DNA of 64,000 bases, from NCBI GenBank assembly GCA_031441465.1, contig JANOEP010000024.1:12546-76545 (forward strand). The letters run 5' to 3'. A program made the position numbers and the translations under genes. Below the pieces are notes generated by a model. It ran no database searches. It saw only the letters and a program-made list of their open reading frames with translations, and was not told where the DNA came from. This document shows positions 62,178 to 64,000 of this stretch, in pieces. Origin of the DNA: a bacterium. Its GTDB lineage: Bacteria > Krumholzibacteriota > Krumholzibacteriia > LZORAL124-64-63. Numbering within the stretch: the first letter of the stretch is position 1; each line of letters begins with the position of its first letter.

Positions 62178-62276
62178 TGGCGGGAATGTGTGGGAATCGA
62201 ACCCACCTCGGACGGTTCAACGCGCCCGACACAGGGATTTGAAGTCCCGGGAAGCCACCAGGCCCCATCCACTCCC
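62178..62276 (-). tRNA. selC: tRNA-Sec (anticodon UCA)
   Basis: 99 nt; GGACTTCAAATCC anticodon arm; 6-bp D stem with TGGT loop; long variable arm; GTGGG-TTCGATT-CCCAC T arm; G73 plus CCA. Confidence 0.93.
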
Positions 62277-62325
62277 GTGCACGCAGGTCAGGATACACCA
62301 GAGTCCCGGCCGGACCCACCGAAAA

Positions 62326-62709
62326 TCAGCGCGTCGCCGCGATCATCTCCACCTCGACCAGCGCGCCGACCGGCAGGGCGGCGACCCCGACGGCGGAGCG
62401 GGCGGGGCAGTCGGTGGTGAAGAATTCGCGGTAGACCTCGTTGAACGCCGCGAAGTCGCCCATGTCCGCCAGGAACACGGTGACCTTCACGACGTCGGCC
62501 AGGGAGGCGCCGCCGGCCTCGACCACGGCCCGCGCGTTGTCCAGGGCGCGGCGGGCCTGCTCGACCACACCGCCGCTGACGAACTTGCCCGTGGCGGGGT
62601 CGAGGCCGATCTGGCCGGCCGTGAACACGAGCCCGGCGGCGGCGATGCCCTGGCTGTAGGGGCCGACGGCGGCCGGCGCCTGGGTCGTTGCCAGCACCTT
62701 GCGGGTCAT
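62326..62709 (-). CDS. ridA: RidA/YjgF family enamine deaminase
   Basis: APAAVGPYSQ, AGQI, VKVTVFL, NEVY, PARS (catalytic Arg), VEVE. Confidence 0.94.
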   Translation of the reverse strand: MTRKVLATTQAPAAVGPYSQGIAAAGLVFTAGQIGLDPATGKFVSGGVVEQARRALDNARAVVEAGGASLADVVKVTVFLADMGDFAAFNEVYREFFTTDCPARSAVGVAALPVGALVEVEMIAATR

Positions 62710-62728
62710 GGCAGGTCCTCCTTCGGCG

Positions 62729-64000
<1,272 letters not shown>

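Overview
A very GC-rich bacterial core-genome window with almost all genes on the minus strand. I found no mobile elements, CRISPR arrays or prophage. Contents in coordinate order: (i) an acyl-CoA catabolic block (three acyl-CoA dehydrogenases, 3-hydroxybutyryl-CoA dehydrogenase, thiolase) and a B12-dependent methylmalonyl-CoA mutase operon (mutA-mutB/scpA-meaB) with MarR and nitroreductase genes; (ii) two predicted secreted proteins with distinct C-terminal tails (a lamin-tail-domain protein ending SWGEIKVDYR, and an M1 aminopeptidase ending in a FlgD-Ig/T9SS-CTD-like domain); (iii) a diguanylate cyclase and pcrA; (iv) a tight three-gene outer-membrane locus: TamA-like Omp85, TamB, and a Zn-peptidase/PD40-propeller/Omp85 fusion; (v) rplM-rpsI-rpsB-tsf-pyrH-frr-uppS-cdsA-dxr-rseP; (vi) recJ-rel-dtd-maf-mtnA, rnpB, an RNase HI with an extra N-terminal domain, tRNA-Val(CAC), tRNA(CAU, probably Ile2), dnaG-rpoD, mutS2, cvpA, yqeY, rsmE; (vii) lepA-lepB-hemW-hrcA-grpE-dnaJ without dnaK; (viii) tRNA-Sec, ridA and the 3' part of glmS. 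The diderm envelope genes and C-terminal motifs suggest, by inference only, an FCB-related uncultured lineage such as Krumholzibacteriota/Latescibacterota. The most promising candidate for an undescribed system is the TamA-TamB-peptidase/Omp85 operon, considered together with the short C-terminal W-G-x-I-K-x-x-Y-R motif as a possible sorting signal. All calls come from reading motifs by eye; no database searches were run.
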